From the NCBI GenBank assembly GCA_038239305.1, contig JBBSEW010000003.1, forward strand, positions 51,022 through 115,021: 64,000 bases of DNA. Reading direction: 5' to 3'. The notes below the pieces were generated by a model that saw only the letters and a list, made by a program, of their open reading frames with translations, had not been told where the DNA came from and did not search any database. The position numbers and the translations under genes were made by a program. This stretch comes from Thermoanaerobaculia bacterium. GTDB lineage: Bacteria; Acidobacteriota; Thermoanaerobaculia; UBA5066; Gp7-AA6. Of this stretch, positions 24,925 through 33,797 are shown piece after piece (within the stretch, counting starts at the first letter, position 1; each line of letters starts with the position of its first letter).

Positions 24925-25275
24925 ATGAATTTCTCGCTCTCGTCCCGCCGCCGCATCCTGCTGGCGCTCGCCGTGGTGGTGCTCGCGGCACTCGTGCTGC
25001 CCGCGGCCGCCGGGGCGTGTCCCCTCTGCCGGGACGCGAAGTCCGACTCGGACTACGCCGGCGGGACGGCGTCGCTTCCGAACGGCTTCTACTACTCGAT
25101 CCTCTTCATGATGGGAGCCCCGTTCGCCGTCCTGGGCACGCTCGCGGCCCGGATCGCCCTCGCGCGGCGCAAACGGTGTCTCGCCGCCGGCCACGCGATG
25201 GCGGCCGGGGAGACCGATTCGGCTCCGGGTGGAAACGGTCCCCTCGTCCCCGATTCCGCGGGGTCGCAAGTCTGA
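24925..25275 (+). CDS. Hypothetical membrane-anchored protein with a CPLC motif
   Basis: MNFSLSSRRRILLALAVVVLAALVLPAAAGACPLCRD, a later TM (FYYSILFMMGAPFAVLGTLAA) and a basic stop-transfer sequence. The TTG at 24916 is the alternative start. Confidence 0.5.
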   Translation: MNFSLSSRRRILLALAVVVLAALVLPAAAGACPLCRDAKSDSDYAGGTASLPNGFYYSILFMMGAPFAVLGTLAARIALARRKRCLAAGHAMAAGETDSAPGGNGPLVPDSAGSQV

Positions 25276-26228
25276 GCATCCGCGCCGCGAGCCGCCGGGC
25301 TGGCGCGGCGGCGTTCGCCGTTCTCCTTCTCTCGTTGCCGTCCGCTCTTCCGGCGGAGCCGCCTGCCGGCGCCGACTCCTGGCTCTCCGAGATCGCCCAT
25401 GAGGTCGTGTCGGAATTTCACGCGCAGGGCCTCTCGGACGACGGGATCGCGATCGCGCTGGTCGACCTGAAAGGTTCGTCGTCGGGCTCGTATCACGGCG
25501 ACGTCTCCTTCTATCCCGCTTCCGTCATCAAGGTGTTCTACCTGGCCTTCTACGAGGCGCAGAAGGAATCGGGAGCGCTGAAGGACACGCCCGAGATCGT
25601 GCGGGCCGTCAAGGACATGATCACGATCTCTTCGAACGATGCGACGGGGTTCGTGGTGGATTCGATCAGCGGCACGACCTCGGGGCCGGAGCTTTCGGGC
25701 GCCGAGTGGGAATCCTGGAAGGCGAAGCGCAACGTGGCGAACCGGTGGTTCGAGAAGCGGGGGTACCGGGATCTGAACGCGAATCAGAAGACCTTCTGCG
25801 AAGACGCATACGGGCGCGAGCAGATGTTCCGCGAGGACGGCCGGAACCGGAACCGGATGACGCCCAACACCGTGGCGCGCCTGTTCGGCGAGATTTCCCG
25901 GGGAGAGATCGCCGGCGCCGCCGGCACGAAGGAGATGCTGGGACTTCTTTCGCGAGACCTCACGAGCGAGAAGCCGCTCGAGGACATGGAGCCCGAAGAC
26001 GCGCGCCTCGCGGGCCGCCGCCTGCCGGCAGGCACGCGGATGTGGGCGAAGTCGGGCGACGCGTACGACGTGCATCACCTGGTGGCCCGGGTCGCGCTGC
26101 CCTCCGGCCGCGAGTTCGTCCTCGCCGTTTTCACGAAGGGCGTCAAGACGGTCCCGGGCGTGATCCCGAGAGTCTACGAAAGAGTGGCCGCGAGAGTCGA
26201 AGCCGCCGAGACCAGTCCACGGCCCTAG
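25272..26228 (+). CDS. Serine hydrolase, class A beta-lactamase-related (secreted)
   Basis: SxxK (ASVIK) and SxN (SSND) motifs; signal peptide RRAGAAAFAVLLLSLPSALPA. The start is uncertain. The CTG at 25272 overlaps the upstream stop (CTGA). The nearest canonical in-frame start is the GTG at 25176, which adds a 32-aa Arg-rich extension. Confidence 0.6.
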   Translation: MSIRAASRRAGAAAFAVLLLSLPSALPAEPPAGADSWLSEIAHEVVSEFHAQGLSDDGIAIALVDLKGSSSGSYHGDVSFYPASVIKVFYLAFYEAQKESGALKDTPEIVRAVKDMITISSNDATGFVVDSISGTTSGPELSGAEWESWKAKRNVANRWFEKRGYRDLNANQKTFCEDAYGREQMFREDGRNRNRMTPNTVARLFGEISRGEIAGAAGTKEMLGLLSRDLTSEKPLEDMEPEDARLAGRRLPAGTRMWAKSGDAYDVHHLVARVALPSGREFVLAVFTKGVKTVPGVIPRVYERVAARVEAAETSPRP

Positions 26229-26290
26229 CCGTTTCGTCCGGTCCTTCGCCCTCCGATACGATCGCGACCGTCTCGACAACCCGATTTCCA

Positions 26291-26349
26291 GATGACCAGA
26301 TGACGAGATCGATCGCGAGATCACGAAATCATGAGATCGCGAGATCGCC
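26291..26349. repeat. 8-bp tandem array (GATGACCA, GATGACGA, GATCGATC fragment, GATCGCGA, GATCACGA, AATCATGA, GATCGCGA)
   Basis: Direct reading. Same family as 2488..2523, 48923..48986 and 59359..59398. Confidence 0.9.
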
Positions 26350-26384
26350 TCTGAAGCGCTGTGCGGCCTCTTGAAACGACGACC

Positions 26385-27026
26385 ATGATCCTGTCGCGCC
26401 TCCTCGGTGCTGTTCTTTTACTGCACCGCTCCACGCTCCGCATCCGGTTCCTGCATCGCGAGCGCTACGAGTCGCTGCTTTCCCGCCCCGAGCCGATCCT
26501 GTTCGCGCTGTGGCACGGTCGGATGTTCGTCCCGATCCAGGTCCACCGGGGCCAGGGGATCGTGACGATGGCGTCGCGCTCGAAGGATGGCGGGATCATC
26601 GCCGGCTGGCTCACACGTCACGGTTATCTCGTGGCGCGGGGCTCGAGCTCGCGCGGCGCAGGCGCCGCCTTCCGCGAGATGGTCCGGGCGATCCGGGCCG
26701 GGCGATCTGCCGCGCTCACGGTCGACGGTCCGCGAGGCCCCGCGCGGGTCGTCCAGCCCGGCGTCGTCGAGCTGGCCCGGCTGACCGGCGGCTGGATCCT
26801 CCCGATCAGCTGTTCGAGTGCTCCGGGGAGATTTCTGGCGTCGTGGGACCGGTATCTCCTCCCGTTCCCGTTCTCGGCGAACGCGGTCGCTTACGGCGAG
26901 CCGTTCCAGATCCCGCGCGAAATGCCGGCCGAGGCGGCTGCGCGCCGGATTGCCTCCGCGCTGGACGAAACGACGCGCGACGCGGACGACAGCCTCGGGG
27001 TGGTTCCGCCGGACGCGTGGAGGTAG
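26385..27026 (+). CDS. DUF374 / lysophospholipid acyltransferase-like protein
   Basis: LWHGRMF...SRSKDGGIIAG...RGSSSRGAGAA...LTVDGPRGP matches the conserved DUF374 blocks. The ATG at 26385 sits within ORF 26361..27026. Confidence 0.7.
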   Translation: MILSRLLGAVLLLHRSTLRIRFLHRERYESLLSRPEPILFALWHGRMFVPIQVHRGQGIVTMASRSKDGGIIAGWLTRHGYLVARGSSSRGAGAAFREMVRAIRAGRSAALTVDGPRGPARVVQPGVVELARLTGGWILPISCSSAPGRFLASWDRYLLPFPFSANAVAYGEPFQIPREMPAEAAARRIASALDETTRDADDSLGVVPPDAWR

Positions 27027-27119
27027 GGGACCGGAGCTGTCGGATGGCGCCTGCCAGCCGCGAGTTATCCGTTGTCCGTGGTCGGGTCGGGTGCCCTGCC
27101 GGCGGCCGGCAGCCGTCGA

Positions 27120-28325
27120 TCAGGCGGGAACAGAGGCCGCTTCCGCGGCGATCGGCGGCGGCACCGGGGAATGGCGGACGACGCGGCGGTACCCGGCATC
27201 CCGCTCGAACGGCTCCCGGCCCGACTCGCGGATGATCCGCTCGAACTCGAGGCGCGTCATGCCGGAAGCCGTCGTCGCCCCGGCCGCGTGCGTGATCGTC
27301 TCGTCGACAACGGTCCCGACGAGATCGTCGGCTCCGAAGAAGAGCGCCACCTGGGAGAGCTTGGTCCCGATCTGGATCCAGTACGCCTTGATGTGCGCGA
27401 AGTTGTCGAGCAGCAGCCGAGAGGCGGCGATGACCCGCAGGTCGAGCTGACCGGAGGTTTCGGGAAGGTGGGCGAGCGGGGTGTTCTCCGGATGGAACGC
27501 AAGCGGGATCAGGCCGTTGAAGCCGCCCGTCTCGTCCTGCAGCGTGCGCAGGCGGAGAAGGTGATCGACGCGATCCTCGATCGTCTCGACGCTTCCGTAG
27601 AGGATGGTGGCGTTCGTGCGGACGTCCTGCAGGTGGCACTCGCGCGCGATCGCGAGCCACTCCTCACCGGTGATCTTGTTGGCGCAGATGACGTCGCGGA
27701 CGCGCTTCTCGAATATCTCCGCGCCTCCGCCCGGACAGGAATCCATCCCCGCGACCTTGAGCTCGCGGATCGTGTCCGGAATCAACTTCTTTCCGATGCG
27801 CGCGATCCAGTCGATCTCCACCATCGTCCATGCCTTGAGGTGAACACCGGGAAACCGCTCCTTGAGCGCGCGAAGGAGGCCGGTGTAATACTCGAAAGGC
27901 CACGTCGGATGGAGGCCGCCGACGATGTGAAACTCCGTGACCGCATCCGAGTAGCCCTTTCCCGCTTCCTCCACGACTTCGCCGATCGCCATGTCGTAGC
28001 CGCCGGGCTCGTTGACCTTCTTCGCCCAGGCGCAGAGGGCGCAGTCCACCCAGCAGAGGTTCGTCGGATTCAGGTACCGGTTGACGTTGTAGTACGCGAC
28101 GTTTCCGTGCCGCGCCTCGCGCACGGCGTTGGCGAGCCGCCCCAGGCCGAGGAAGTCTCGCGTCGTGAAGAGCCGGACTCCGTCTTCGAACGACAGGCGT
28201 TCCCCCGAGAAGACCTTGCCGGCGATCGGCGCCAGGTCCGAGTCCCGGAACGCGGCGAGGCCGGCCGGGTCGAGCCCCGGGTTTCCGGAGGGAGAGTCGC
28301 TCGCAGGGGACTTCCGGGAGCTCAC
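27120..28325 (-). CDS. Futalosine-pathway radical SAM enzyme, MqnE/MqnC family (closest by eye to aminodeoxyfutalosine synthase)
   Basis: The GTG at 28325 overlaps the upstream stop (GTGA). Cys triad NPTNLCWVDCALCAW (Cx3Cx2C), plus the blocks FHIVGGLHP, GGGAEIF, RVDHLLRLRTLQDETGGF and GADDLVGTV. Confidence 0.75.
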   Translation of the reverse strand: MSSRKSPASDSPSGNPGLDPAGLAAFRDSDLAPIAGKVFSGERLSFEDGVRLFTTRDFLGLGRLANAVREARHGNVAYYNVNRYLNPTNLCWVDCALCAWAKKVNEPGGYDMAIGEVVEEAGKGYSDAVTEFHIVGGLHPTWPFEYYTGLLRALKERFPGVHLKAWTMVEIDWIARIGKKLIPDTIRELKVAGMDSCPGGGAEIFEKRVRDVICANKITGEEWLAIARECHLQDVRTNATILYGSVETIEDRVDHLLRLRTLQDETGGFNGLIPLAFHPENTPLAHLPETSGQLDLRVIAASRLLLDNFAHIKAYWIQIGTKLSQVALFFGADDLVGTVVDETITHAAGATTASGMTRLEFERIIRESGREPFERDAGYRRVVRHSPVPPPIAAEAASVPA

Positions 28326-28546
28326 GGGATCGCGGGCTTCGTCACCGGCTGAAAGGGCATGCGGGACTCGGGATCCACTTCGTCGACGAAGGGCTGGATG
28401 TACCGGTAACACTCCCAGCAGTATTTCTCGTCGGGATGGAAGGTGAAGTCGACCACGTGCCCGACCGCGGGGTAGTCGATGGTCTCCTTGCCGCACCGGT
28501 GGCACATGTCCTTCTCGCCCTTGATGAGCCGCCAGACGGGTCCCAT
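28322..28546 (-). CDS. Small 4-Cys zinc-ribbon-like protein (74 aa)
   Basis: CHRC ...24 aa... CWEC, with G/C-rich third positions throughout. It is translationally coupled to the Mqn-family gene. Confidence 0.6.
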   Translation of the reverse strand: MGPVWRLIKGEKDMCHRCGKETIDYPAVGHVVDFTFHPDEKYCWECYRYIQPFVDEVDPESRMPFQPVTKPAIP

Positions 28547-28573
28547 GGCCGCGATTCTATCGCGGGCGATCCG

Positions 28574-28594
28574 CTGTCCGCTGTCCGCTGTCCG
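28574..28594. repeat. 7-bp tandem array (CTGTCCG x3)
   Basis: Direct reading. It lies in the 51-nt spacer between the MFS gene stop and the zinc-ribbon gene start. Confidence 0.9.
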
Positions 28595-28597
28595 CTC

Positions 28598-29848
28598 TCA
28601 GCGGTCAGCCGGAGTGGTGCCCGGCGGGACGACGAGCGCCGCCCGCGCGAGGAAGAGCGCCGCGAGGGCTACGACCGCGAGGCCGGCTCCGATCAGGAAG
28701 GCCGTCCGCGCGCCGTAGAGCTTCCACCAGAGACCGAAGAGAATCGACGACGGCAGCGCCGCCAGCCCCACCGCTCCGTGGAAAACACCGAAGGCCCGGC
28801 CGCGGAGGGATCCGCCGGCAAGGTCGGCCACGAGAGCCCGCTCGGCTCCTTCGGTGAGCGCGAAAAAGAAAGCGTAGAGGCCGAAGAGCGACCACAGGCC
28901 GCGGGGTCCCGTGACGAACGCGAACCCGGCGTACGAGACCGCATAGACCATCCATCCGAGTGCCACGGCGCGGACGCGCCCGATGCGATCGGCGAGAATG
29001 CCCCCCGGAACGCCCGCCGCAGCCTTCACGGCGTGAAAGAAGGCCCAGAGCAAAGGGATCTCCCAGAGGGCGACACCGGAGTCGCGGGCGCGCAGGAGCA
29101 GGAAGGCGTCGGTCGAATTGGCGAGCGTGAAGAGGACGAAGATCGCGGTCGCGATCCAGACGCCCCGGGGAAGGCGCTCGGGTTCGGAGGCGTTGATCCC
29201 ATCCGCCGGAAGCCCGCCGCCTGCCGCCATGCCGGTGCTTCTGTCCGGCGGCTTCCGAATCGCGGGAGGCGTCTCGCGCACCCGCCGCACGAGGAGGATC
29301 ACGGCAAGGATCCCGGGAATCCATGCGAGGAGAAAAACGTGGCGCTCGTCCGGGACGAACGTGTGCAGGAGAAGGGCGGCCGTGAGCGGCCCGGCGACGG
29401 CGCCTGCGTTGTCCATCGCGCGCTGGAGTCCGTAGGCCCGACCGCGGTTCTCCGGGGTGACGAGGTCGGCGAGAAGAGCGTCGCGCGGGGCCGTACGGAT
29501 GCCCTTGCCGACCCGGTCCGCGAATCGGACGAACAGCACCTGGATCCAGGAGGAGGCAAAGCCGACCAGCGGACGAACGAAAGATGCGAGGGAGTACCCG
29601 GCCACCACGAGCGGCTTGCGCCGGCCCGCGCGGTCCGACCACCAGCCCGAGATCATCTTGAAGGTGGACGCGGTCGCTTCGGCGACGCCTTCGATCAGGC
29701 CGAGGACGGCGGGGCCGGCGCCGAGCGAGCGCGTCAGGAAGTCCGGCAGAAGCGGATAGATCATGTCGGAGGAGAAGTCGGTGAGAAAGCTCACCCATCC
29801 GAGCGCCACGACGCCGGAAGAAAGCTTACGGGATGACTCTTTTGCCAT
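28598..29848 (-). CDS. MFS transporter
   Basis: 416 aa and 12 predicted TMs. The N-terminal sequence WVSFLTDFSSDMIYPLLPDFL is typical of an MFS subfamily. Confidence 0.85.
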   Translation of the reverse strand: MAKESSRKLSSGVVALGWVSFLTDFSSDMIYPLLPDFLTRSLGAGPAVLGLIEGVAEATASTFKMISGWWSDRAGRRKPLVVAGYSLASFVRPLVGFASSWIQVLFVRFADRVGKGIRTAPRDALLADLVTPENRGRAYGLQRAMDNAGAVAGPLTAALLLHTFVPDERHVFLLAWIPGILAVILLVRRVRETPPAIRKPPDRSTGMAAGGGLPADGINASEPERLPRGVWIATAIFVLFTLANSTDAFLLLRARDSGVALWEIPLLWAFFHAVKAAAGVPGGILADRIGRVRAVALGWMVYAVSYAGFAFVTGPRGLWSLFGLYAFFFALTEGAERALVADLAGGSLRGRAFGVFHGAVGLAALPSSILFGLWWKLYGARTAFLIGAGLAVVALAALFLARAALVVPPGTTPADR

Positions 29849-29924
29849 AATTAATAAGGAATAATGTCAAGTAATCTGAATTTTGTACGGACTCCTCCAT
29901 CCGCCGCTCCATCATAATGTTTCC

Positions 29925-30665
29925 GTGCCCCTCCACGCCTCCGACGCCTTCATCCTCGGAACTTACCCGCTGCGGGAGCGCGATCGGATCGTATCGTTTC
30001 TCACGCGGGATACCGGGAAGAAGCGGGGCGTCGCCCGAGGGTCCCGCGGGCCGAAGAGCGCTTTCGGCGGGGCCCTCGAGCCCATGACGGAAGTCCGGGT
30101 CCTCTATTTCGAGAAGGAGGGGCAGGAGCTCGTGTCGCTCAACTCCGCGGACGTCGTGCGGTCCTCGTTTCCCCTCTCGAACGATCTCGATCGGGCGCTC
30201 CTCCTCTCGGCACTCGCCGAGAGCCTCCAGACATTCGTCTCGGACTCCGATCCGGCCGAGCCTTTCTACCGCCTCGCGCGGCACGTGTTGGATGCGCTCT
30301 TCGCGGGCGCGCCGGCGGATCTCGTAGCGGCCTATTTCGACGTCTGGATCCTGAAGCTGTCGGGTCTCTTTCCGAGCCCGGCCGAATGCGTCGTCTGCGG
30401 CGCGCCCCTCGACGCTTCCGGCGGACTGTCGTTCGACGAGAGCCGCCCGGGTTTTCTTCACGCCGAGTGCCGCCGCGGCGAGGTATTCCGGCTCTCACCG
30501 GCCGGACGCGAGACGCTGCGGCGCATTCTGTCGTCGCCTCTCGACCCGGCGAGCCGTCCGCCGGCCGTCGCCGAAGTCGCGTCCGTTGCGCGCCGCGCCC
30601 GCCGGCACTTTCTCGGGCACGACCTGAAATCTCAGCGCGTCCTGGCAGAGGTGCGGGGCGAATAG
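29925..30665 (+). CDS. recO: DNA repair protein RecO
   Basis: An OB-fold N-terminus (AFILGTYPLRERDRIVSFLTRDTGKKRG) and a C-terminal Cys cluster (CVVCG...HAEC). The GTG at 29925 is preferred over the TTG at 29883, which lies in the AT-rich promoter tract. Confidence 0.8.
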   Translation: MPLHASDAFILGTYPLRERDRIVSFLTRDTGKKRGVARGSRGPKSAFGGALEPMTEVRVLYFEKEGQELVSLNSADVVRSSFPLSNDLDRALLLSALAESLQTFVSDSDPAEPFYRLARHVLDALFAGAPADLVAAYFDVWILKLSGLFPSPAECVVCGAPLDASGGLSFDESRPGFLHAECRRGEVFRLSPAGRETLRRILSSPLDPASRPPAVAEVASVARRARRHFLGHDLKSQRVLAEVRGE

Positions 30666-30692
30666 GCCGGGACCGTGCGATAAACTCGCGCG

Positions 30693-31631
30693 GTGCTCAC
30701 GCTGCAGAAGCTCATCACCGAGCTCACCGCATTCTGGGAGGGTGAAGGCTGCCTGATCGAGCAGCCTTACGACCTGTCCATGGGGGCCGGAACCATGCAT
30801 CCGGCCACGTTCCTCAAGGTCCTGGGGCCGGATCCCTGGCGCTGCGCGTACGTGCAGCCGTCCCGCCGGCCCGCGGACGGCCGTTACGGGGAGAACCCCT
30901 TCCGCCTCCTGAAGCACCTCCAGCTCCAGGTCGTCCTGAAGCCGTCGCCGCCGGACGTGCAGGAGATGTATCTCCGGAGCCTGGAGCGGCTCGGCGTCGT
31001 GCTGAAGGAGCATGACGTCCGGTTCGAGGAAGACAACTGGGAGTCTCCGACGCTCGGGGCGTGGGGGGTGGGCTGGCAGGTGCTGATGGACGGGATGGAG
31101 ATCACCCAGTTCACGTATTTCCAGCAGGCGGGCGGCATCGATCTCTCGCCGATCACCGCCGAGATTACCTACGGGCTCGAGCGGATCGCCATGTTCCTGA
31201 ACAAGCTCCACTCCGTGTTCGACGTGCCCTGGAGCGCGGACACGACCTACGGCCAGGTCCGGCATCGCGACGAGGTCGAGCTCTCGAAGTACGTCTTCGA
31301 GGTCGCGGATGCCAGCCTCGCGACGCTTCTCTTCGACCGTTCCGAGGCGGAGGCGCGCCGCGCGCTGGCCGCGGGTCTCGTCCTTCCGGCGTACGAGGCG
31401 ACGCTCGTGTGCTCGCACCAGTTCAACCTCCTCGACGCGCGGGGAGCCGTGTCCGCGACCGATCGCGTCGGGCTGATCCGGCGCGTTCGCGATCTCGCGT
31501 GCGCCTGTGCGCGAGCGTTCGTGGCACGGTCGGAAGGCGCCGTGTCGCCGGCCGGGACGAGAAGCAGCGCGCCGCCTGCCGCCGCGGAAGGCACCGCGCC
31601 GGCCCAGCCTCAGCCGGCAGCCGCGAGCTGA
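30693..31631 (+). CDS. glyQ: Glycine--tRNA ligase alpha subunit
   Basis: [24 protein letters not shown]...[16 protein letters not shown] are highly conserved GlyQ blocks. Confidence 0.95.
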   Translation: MLTLQKLITELTAFWEGEGCLIEQPYDLSMGAGTMHPATFLKVLGPDPWRCAYVQPSRRPADGRYGENPFRLLKHLQLQVVLKPSPPDVQEMYLRSLERLGVVLKEHDVRFEEDNWESPTLGAWGVGWQVLMDGMEITQFTYFQQAGGIDLSPITAEITYGLERIAMFLNKLHSVFDVPWSADTTYGQVRHRDEVELSKYVFEVADASLATLLFDRSEAEARRALAAGLVLPAYEATLVCSHQFNLLDARGAVSATDRVGLIRRVRDLACACARAFVARSEGAVSPAGTRSSAPPAAAEGTAPAQPQPAAAS

Positions 31632-31675
31632 GACGGCGAGAAATCCTCTCCCGAACCGCCTCTGGATACGACGAC

Positions 31676-33760
31676 ATGAGCCGCCACGATTTTCTTCTCG
31701 AGATCCGCACCGAGGAAATTCCGGCCGGCGCCCTGACAGGCGCGCGGACCGACCTGTTGCGCCGCACCGTGGAGGCTCTCGCCGACGAGGGCCTCGTGCC
31801 CGAGGCGAGCCAGTCCTTCGCGACGCCCCGCCGGCTCATCCTGTGGTTGCGGGGTCTCCCGGAACGCCAGGAGGACCGCTCGTCGGAGGTCGTCGGGCCG
31901 TCGGCCACGGCGGCGTTCGACGCACAGAACAATCCGACGAAGGCCGCCGAAGGGTTCGCGCGGGCGCAGAAGGTGGAGGTGTCGGAGCTCGTCGTCATCG
32001 ATTCACCGCGCGGCCGTGTCGTGGCCGCCCGCCGGACGATCCCGGGCCGCCCGAGCGAGGACGTGCTCGCGGAGGTTGTTCCGCGGGTGCTCGGCGGCCT
32101 CTCCTTTCCGAAGACGATGCGATGGGGACGGGGCGAGAACGTGTTCGTGCGCCCGGTTCGCGGTGTGCTCGCTCTCTTTGCGGGAAGGGTGGTTCCTCTC
32201 CAGGTCTTCGGCGTCGCGGCCACGGACACGACCGTCGGGCATCGCATTCTGGCGGACGGCTCGCTCCCGGTGACCGGGGCGGAGGACTTCCTCGCGAAGC
32301 TGCGCGCGGCCGGCGTCGAGCCCGACGGCGAGGTCCGGAGGCTCACGATCCTCGAGTCCTCGCGGGCGATGGCGCAGGAGGTGGGCGGCTCGATCGAGAC
32401 GGACGCCGATCTGGTCGCGACGCTCGCCGATCTCGTCGAGTGGCCGGGCACGGTCCGCGGATCTTTCTCTCCCGAGTTCCTGGACATCCCCGAGGAGATC
32501 ACGACGACGGCGATGCGCGTGCACCAGAAGTATCTTCCCGTGCGCGGGCCGGCCGGCCTGCTGCCGCATTTCGTGGCGATCATGGACAACGACCAGGACC
32601 GGAAGGGTCTCATCGCGAAGGGCAACGAGTGGGTCTTAAATGCGCGCCTCGGCGACGCCCGTTTCTTCTACGAGACGGACATCCGGCAGCCGCTCGATTC
32701 GCGACTCGAGGATCTCGCGCGGCTGACGTTCCAGGACCGTCTCGGCGACTACCGGCAGAAGACGGGCCGGCTGCAGGACCTGGCCGAGACCATCGCGCAC
32801 GTCGTCGGGCGGCCGGATCTCGTCGAGCCGGTCCTGTCCGCCGCTCGCCTGTCGAAAGTCGACCTCACGACCCTCATGGTCAAGGAATTCACCGACCTCC
32901 AGGGCGTCGTCGGAGGAATCTATGCGCGCCGCGAGGGATATTCCGACTCCGTCTGGCGGGCGATCTACGACCAGTATCGGCCCTCCTCCTCGTCGGACGA
33001 CCCTCCGCGGGAAGCGGCCGGAGCCGTGCTCTCCCTCGCGGACCGCTTCGACACACTGGTCGGGCTGTTCACGGTCGGCCTGATTCCGACGGGCTCTCGC
33101 GATCCGTACGGGCTGCGCCGGGCGGCATTCGGGATCGTGTCCATCGCGACCTCGCGGCGCTGGCGTCTCGACTGGCGGCCGGTGGTCCGCAAGGCCATCT
33201 CGCTGTACCCGCACGCCTCGGGAGGCGACGGCGAGAAGGGGGAGAAGATCGTCTCGGACCTGGAGGGATTCTTCGCGGAGCGGATGAAGACCCTGCTCGA
33301 GCGCCGCGGCCACGCGCATGACGAGATCGCCGCCGTGCTGAACGTCGGGATCTGGGACTTCGCGGATGCGGCCGACCGGGCCCAGGCGCTCTCGCAGGCG
33401 CGCCGGGAAACGGATTTCCGGACGCTCGTTCTCGCGTTCAAGAGGATCCGCAACATCGTGGGGACCGACGATCACGGCGCTCCCCGCCAGGACCTGTACC
33501 GGGAGAGCGCCGAATCGCAGCTCGCGGCCGACTTCGCGCAGGCGCGGCAGGCGCTCGAGGAGCTGACCCGATCCCGGCGGTACGGAGAAGCGATGGGGAT
33601 GATCGCGTCGATCGCGCCGTCTCTCGACCGCTTTTTCGTCGAAGTCCTCGTCAACGCCCCCGAGGAGGACCTCCGCCGGAACCGGCTGGCTCTCCTCGCG
33701 GCCATCCAGAAGGAGTTCTCGCATCTCGCGGACTTCTCCGAGATCGTTGTAGAAAAGTGA
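31676..33760 (+). CDS. glyS: Glycine--tRNA ligase beta subunit
   Basis: ATG at 31676 (MSRHDFLLEIRTEEIPAG), 694 aa, immediately downstream of glyQ. Confidence 0.95.
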   Translation: MSRHDFLLEIRTEEIPAGALTGARTDLLRRTVEALADEGLVPEASQSFATPRRLILWLRGLPERQEDRSSEVVGPSATAAFDAQNNPTKAAEGFARAQKVEVSELVVIDSPRGRVVAARRTIPGRPSEDVLAEVVPRVLGGLSFPKTMRWGRGENVFVRPVRGVLALFAGRVVPLQVFGVAATDTTVGHRILADGSLPVTGAEDFLAKLRAAGVEPDGEVRRLTILESSRAMAQEVGGSIETDADLVATLADLVEWPGTVRGSFSPEFLDIPEEITTTAMRVHQKYLPVRGPAGLLPHFVAIMDNDQDRKGLIAKGNEWVLNARLGDARFFYETDIRQPLDSRLEDLARLTFQDRLGDYRQKTGRLQDLAETIAHVVGRPDLVEPVLSAARLSKVDLTTLMVKEFTDLQGVVGGIYARREGYSDSVWRAIYDQYRPSSSSDDPPREAAGAVLSLADRFDTLVGLFTVGLIPTGSRDPYGLRRAAFGIVSIATSRRWRLDWRPVVRKAISLYPHASGGDGEKGEKIVSDLEGFFAERMKTLLERRGHAHDEIAAVLNVGIWDFADAADRAQALSQARRETDFRTLVLAFKRIRNIVGTDDHGAPRQDLYRESAESQLAADFAQARQALEELTRSRRYGEAMGMIASIAPSLDRFFVEVLVNAPEEDLRRNRLALLAAIQKEFSHLADFSEIVVEK

Positions 33761-33797
33761 CATCCGGCCGCGGCATGGCCGCGGGAGGAGGCCCTTC

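Noticed and set aside
27120-29848. Small Cys-rich peptide, radical SAM and MFS transporter as a RiPP (sactipeptide/ranthipeptide-like) biosynthetic cluster.
   Set aside because: The radical SAM protein shows block-by-block similarity to the MqnE/MqnC (CofH-like) family, not to SPASM-domain RiPP maturases. No SPASM Cys cluster, peptidase or leader-like features are seen. The small protein looks like a folded zinc ribbon rather than a precursor.
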